In this document: one piece after another, positions 58,077 to 61,691 of the stretch | Layout: each line of letters starts with the position of its first letter | Position numbering within the stretch: the first letter of the stretch is position 1 | Assembly: GCA_043819095.1 (NCBI GenBank) | Contig: JBDRFF010000015.1 | Location: 1-61,691 of the forward strand | Origin: Candidatus Omnitrophota bacterium | GTDB taxonomy: Bacteria; Omnitrophota; Gorgyraeia; VGKH01 | Reading direction: 5' to 3' | DNA: 61,691 bases | Made by a program: the position numbers and the translations under genes | The notes under the pieces: generated by a model | The model's input: the letters and a program-made list of their open reading frames with translations, nothing else | Told to the model about the DNA's origin: nothing | Databases searched by the model: none

Positions 58077-58603
58077 AGTTTACCCGAAAGTTCCTCTAAT
58101 ATATTTACGCCTTCTTCTTGATTAATCTTTTTCCAGCGCTCTAATATCTGTAGCTCTAAGGCATAGGAGGCCAAAAATTCAATATCAAAAAAATGCCCCA
58201 CCTTTAAATCTTCTATTTTTTCCCAGCGTATACGGTCAAGCAATCGCTCTGCCTCGAGCACAGAATCCTGATTATACACCTGCTGTGCAAAATAACCGGT
58301 AAAAGGATTGCGGTATTCTTCAGCGCGAATGTAGCTTAATGCGTCTTTGCCTTTTTTAGCTGCGCGAAGCCAAACCAATTCATTACGCAGAGCTAAATCA
58401 AATTCCTTCCATTCCTGTAGAAATGCGAAGTTATCCTGGGTTGTCTTCGGCGGCTCAATGGTTGAGCGCTCGATAATTCTCATATCAGAATCCGAAAACT
58501 GTTCCTTACAGCGAACTAAAAAATCCTCATAGGAAATAGGTGGCATTAGGCCAAACTCAAGCATAGGAAGGCTGGCTGCTAAATAATAATAGTGAGCACT
58601 CAT
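58073..58603 (-). CDS. DUF2764-family protein (V-ATPase operon-associated)
   Basis: Starts MSAHYYYLAASLPML. Its position between E and A matches Bacteroidetes/Chlamydia-type operons. Confidence 0.55.
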   Translation of the reverse strand: MSAHYYYLAASLPMLEFGLMPPISYEDFLVRCKEQFSDSDMRIIERSTIEPPKTTQDNFAFLQEWKEFDLALRNELVWLRAAKKGKDALSYIRAEEYRNPFTGYFAQQVYNQDSVLEAERLLDRIRWEKIEDLKVGHFFDIEFLASYALELQILERWKKINQEEGVNILEELSGKL

Positions 58604-59238
58604 TACTTTTTACCCTTTTTTCCTTTTTTAATCGCCTCACTTAACAGCTGGGCTAATTCCTGATTAAGATAGGCACTTAAGCATTCGACGAGGGACTCAT
58701 CGGTAAATTCGTAATAGGATTTGCCCTTGTCAAAACTTATGGCAAATCCGGCGGATATATTCGGCGTTGGCTTAATTTCTAATTTTTCTTTGAATTTTTC
58801 TTTGAATTTGGCAATAAAAGTATTCTTTAGCCTCTTTAAATCATTCGGATTCAATAACAGCGCTACATCAGAACTCTGCTTGCCTTTCTTAATATACTTA
58901 TCAATTACCTGGCCGATAATTGAGCTGAGTTCTTTTCCTGTTAATGTAGCTGTGATATTCGTTGCGATGATCTTATCAAAAAGTGCGCGAATCTGATCTT
59001 TTACAGCCAGCATCAAATCCCTTGCGGCATGCTGCAAGGCAGCCTCTCCGCTTGCCTTAGCCTTATGCGCCTGGTCATCAGCCTCTTCAACGATCATTTC
59101 GGCCTTGTCTTTGGCATCGGCGATAATTTTCTTTGCCTGCCTCTGGGCATTAGATTCTATTTGCCTGGCCTTTTCCTCAGCTACCTGGATGCCCTCGCTT
59201 TTAATCTTCTCTAAAAGATCTCTTAACTGTTCTGGCAT
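58603..59238 (-). CDS. ntpE: V-type ATPase subunit E
   Basis: 211 aa. Long N-terminal helix (AEEKARQIESNAQRQAKKIIADAKDKAEMI). First gene of the operon. Confidence 0.7.
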   Translation of the reverse strand: MPEQLRDLLEKIKSEGIQVAEEKARQIESNAQRQAKKIIADAKDKAEMIVEEADDQAHKAKASGEAALQHAARDLMLAVKDQIRALFDKIIATNITATLTGKELSSIIGQVIDKYIKKGKQSSDVALLLNPNDLKRLKNTFIAKFKEKFKEKLEIKPTPNISAGFAISFDKGKSYYEFTDESLVECLSAYLNQELAQLLSEAIKKGKKGKK

Positions 59239-59307
59239 GATACACCCCTTGTTTACAACTTATTTTATTCTTCTTAATTCTTATATTTAAGAGTGGAAAG
59301 TGGATAT

Positions 59308-59336
59308 ATTTTACACTAAAATCTATACTTTTGCAA
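59308..59336 (-). promoter_or_regulatory. sigma70-like promoter of the V-ATPase operon
   Basis: Minus strand reads TTGCAA (59336..59331), a 17-nt spacer, then TAAAAT (59313..59308). Confidence 0.4.
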
Positions 59337-59362
59337 GCAGATACCGTTTAAAAATCTTGATG

Positions 59363-60022
59363 CTAATCTAGCTCTTTAAGGATATTCAGTGTGGCTTCTA
59401 AGGGGTCTTTTGCTTTTGTGATTGGTCGGCCTACGACGATAAAATCGGCGCCTGCTGAAATTGCGTCTTTGGGAGTCGCGATCCTTTTCTGATCAAAGGC
59501 CTCTGTGCCTTTTGGTCTTATCCCCGGTGTGACAATAATAAAATTCTTTCCCATTTTTTTTCTGATTGCGGCAGCTTCTTGACAAGAGCTAACTACGCCG
59601 TTGATTCTGGCTTTTTTTGCCAATTTCGCCAGCTCCATTACGCGGCGGTTTACATTTTTGCCAGCCTGGCTGGTTAGAACCGTAACAGCCACGATAAGCG
59701 GCCGGTTAATAACTTTGGCAGCGGCTTTCATCATATCTTCGCCGCCTGATGCATGAAGAGTCAACATAAAGACTTTTAATCTTCTTGCTTCTTCGACTGC
59801 GCTTTTTACCGTATTGGGAATATCATGATACTTAAGGTCCAAAAATACCTTTGCTCCCTTTTTGCGAATCACGTTTATAGCCTCCGGCCCGCAGGCTGAA
59901 AATAACTGACTGCCCACTTTAAAGATTTTTACCGTCGGATAAAGAATATTAAGCAGGCGCTTTGCTCTTTGCAGTGTATCTACATCTAAAGCTACGATTA
60001 ATTTATCTTTAAACTTTTTCAT
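59363..60022 (-). CDS. pyrF: orotidine 5'-phosphate decarboxylase
   Basis: LDLKYHDIPNT motif, 219 aa. Confidence 0.9.
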   Translation of the reverse strand: MKKFKDKLIVALDVDTLQRAKRLLNILYPTVKIFKVGSQLFSACGPEAINVIRKKGAKVFLDLKYHDIPNTVKSAVEEARRLKVFMLTLHASGGEDMMKAAAKVINRPLIVAVTVLTSQAGKNVNRRVMELAKLAKKARINGVVSSCQEAAAIRKKMGKNFIIVTPGIRPKGTEAFDQKRIATPKDAISAGADFIVVGRPITKAKDPLEATLNILKELD

Positions 60023-60930
60023 TTCATTGCTCCGATCAATTTATTAATATCCTTTATATTATTGGCTTTTAAATATTTTTTTATACCTTCAATTATCTCG
60101 ACAGTGGCTTTAGGATTTACGAAATTAGCTGTGCCTACAGCAACGGCTGTTGCGCCAGCAATAATAAATTCCAAGGCATCCTCTGTATTCATAATCCCGC
60201 CCATACCGATTATCGGTATTTCTGCTGTATGTGCAGCTTGCCAGACCATTCGAAGCGCAATAGGTTTAATCGCAGGCCCGCTCAAACCACCTGTTATATT
60301 TGCTAATTTGGGGCTTTTAGTATCTGCATCGATTGCTATTGCCGAAAAAGTATTGACCAAGCTTATGGCATCGGTATCAGCTGCCACCGTAGCCCTAGCG
60401 ATTAATCCGATATCTGTAACATTTGGTGATAATTTGGTTATTAGGGTAAGCTTTGTAGTTTTACGCACTGCCTTAACCAGCCGATAAGTTGCTTTATCCG
60501 ACTGGGCAACTAATTTTTCTGTCCCAAGATTTGGGCAGGATAAATTTAATTCGATTGCAGATACACCTTTGGTCTTGCTTAAAATCTTTGCTAATTCTGT
60601 AAATTCTTTATCATTATCGCCAGAGATACTAACGATAATTGGGACGCCGATTTTTCTTAGAATAGGTAATTTTTCTTTCAGGAAGACTTTTACGCCAGGA
60701 TTTTCTAAGCCAATGGAATTAAGCATTCCTGATGCGGTCTCGACGGTGCGCGGAGGAGGATTGCCTTTCTTTGACTTTAGAGTAATTGTCTTTGTGATGA
60801 GCGCGCCTAATATTTTTGGATTTATCAGCGAAGAGGTCTCTTTAGCGTATTCGAATGTCCCTGATGCAACCATCACAGGATTTTTTAATTTAACTTTTCC
60901 GATTTTTACTGATAAATTAGGATTTTTCAT
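60019..60930 (-). CDS. pyrD: dihydroorotate dehydrogenase catalytic subunit (class 1B)
   Basis: GLENPG, NLSCPN and GGI motifs. A pyrK fragment lies upstream. Confidence 0.9.
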   Translation of the reverse strand: MKNPNLSVKIGKVKLKNPVMVASGTFEYAKETSSLINPKILGALITKTITLKSKKGNPPPRTVETASGMLNSIGLENPGVKVFLKEKLPILRKIGVPIIVSISGDNDKEFTELAKILSKTKGVSAIELNLSCPNLGTEKLVAQSDKATYRLVKAVRKTTKLTLITKLSPNVTDIGLIARATVAADTDAISLVNTFSAIAIDADTKSPKLANITGGLSGPAIKPIALRMVWQAAHTAEIPIIGMGGIMNTEDALEFIIAGATAVAVGTANFVNPKATVEIIEGIKKYLKANNIKDINKLIGAMK

Positions 60931-61286
60931 TTAATTAACACCATCCTTATTCCTATAGCAATCAAAAAAACTCCAAATAATCTTTTTAATATCGTATCAG
61001 GCACTGCCTGAATATAATGTGCTCCCAGGAGTGCGCCAAAAAAGAATCCTATGCAGATAAAAGCCGCCATATTCAATTTCACATTTCCGGCATAATAATA
61101 TCTTAAAGCAGCCAAAAGTCCTATCGGTGGAATCATTATTGCTAAAGTTGTTCCTTGTGCCTGATGTTGAGTCAATCCAAACAAAAATACAAGCGCAGGA
61201 ATCAAAATTGTCCCACCACCGATTCCAAAAATTCCGCTTAAAACTCCGGCGAGTAATCCTAAAGCAATATACAAAACCAGATTCAT
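60927..61286 (-). CDS. short TauE/SafE (DUF81)-like membrane protein
   Basis: 119 aa, about 4 TM, Gly-rich GIFGIGGGTILIPALVF motif. Confidence 0.55.
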   Translation of the reverse strand: MNLVLYIALGLLAGVLSGIFGIGGGTILIPALVFLFGLTQHQAQGTTLAIMIPPIGLLAALRYYYAGNVKLNMAAFICIGFFFGALLGAHYIQAVPDTILKRLFGVFLIAIGIRMVLIK

Positions 61287-61301
61287 AATTAATCCTCCTT
61301 T

Positions 61302-61485
61302 AATAAGCGCACAATTTACGGAACGCTAGTGACGTAAATTGTATGCGCGAATTAAACCCCACACCTTTTATCTATTCAAAGTTTTTTAAAAATCCTTTCA
61401 GAGAGCTAATGAATACTAAAAAGGTGTGGGGTCAAATTCAGACAAACAACTTATGCCACGTTGTTCCATAAGTTGTGTCTTCATT
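61302..61485 (-). repeat. family 1 element, copy E (184 bp)
   Basis: acaatttacg/cgtaaattgt; ccccacacctttt/aaaaggtgtgggg (compensated variant); acaacttatg/cataagttgt. Confidence 0.85.
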
Positions 61486-61496
61486 TGACCTCCTTT

Positions 61497-61691
61497 TCAA
61501 AATATTAATTCTTTTGTCTGAAAAACCGGCCCGTCCTTACAGACCCTTTTATATCCATTTTTTGTCCGAACAACACAGCCAAAACACGCGCCAATGCCAC
61601 AAGCCATGTGTTCTTCCAAAGAAACCTGCGCCGGAATCTTATATTTCTTGGAAATATTAGCGATTTCTTCTAGCATTGGTTTTGGTCCGCA
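61497..61691 (-). CDS. pyrK: dihydroorotate dehydrogenase electron-transfer subunit PyrK, C-terminal fragment (5' end outside the window)
   Basis: Own translation: CGPKPMLEEIANISKKYKIPAQVSLEEHMACGIGACFGCVVRTKNGYKRVCKDGPVFQTKELIF*, including the 2Fe-2S CGxGxCxxC motif. Confidence 0.8.
   Translation of the reverse strand, partial: CGPKPMLEEIANISKKYKIPAQVSLEEHMACGIGACFGCVVRTKNGYKRVCKDGPVFQTKELIF

Noticed and set aside
17540-61485. Whether the recurring ccaccactttt-containing units are a CRISPR array or integron attC sites
   Set aside because: Copies are 7-20 kb apart, not regularly spaced, and internally palindromic. No cas or intI gene is present. The flanking genes are core housekeeping genes rather than cassettes, and the ends lack the GTTRRRY core of attC.

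Overview
AT-rich bacterial chromosome segment, apparently from an uncultivated anaerobe-type lineage (my guess, not testable here). It is densely packed, and almost all genes are on the minus strand. Housekeeping content: accA, folE, mnmE, folC, purH, an EF-G-like gene, csp, kamA, rex, hypE/hypD/hypC plus a truncated hypF, pcm, tRNA-Asp and tRNA-Val, a Bacteroidetes/Chlamydia-style V-type ATPase operon (E-DUF2764-A-B-D-I-K), and pyrK/pyrD/pyrF. Accessory content: an MMPL exporter + LolA-like + beta-barrel trio, and a GT2 + YfhO + GT-C glycosylation trio. Three things stand out. (1) Apart from yifB, the only plus-strand block (34.5-41.3 kb) has a sigma70-like promoter, a c-di-GMP-I (GEMM-I)-like riboswitch with an intrinsic terminator, and then a tandemly duplicated two-gene module. 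Each module is a Glu+5 prepilin plus a giant GspK/PilX-like protein. One prepilin carries a complete mini-intein-like Hint domain (Val at +1). Its paralog carries a six-Cys module at the same site. No pilus machinery is nearby. (2) Five copies of a 160-220 bp nested-palindromic (REPIN/MITE-like) element are present. All share one orientation, and each is wedged between a stop codon and the Shine-Dalgarno of the next minus-strand gene. Compensatory changes occur in all three stems. (3) Smaller rearrangement scars: a decayed ~210 bp duplicate of the purH 3' end flanking a 2.1 kb insertion; a GIY-YIG mini-cassette bounded by a 14-nt repeat of the tRNA-Asp 3' end; and a second two-copy structured repeat family. 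All calls come from reading the sequence and the ORF track by eye. No database search was run.
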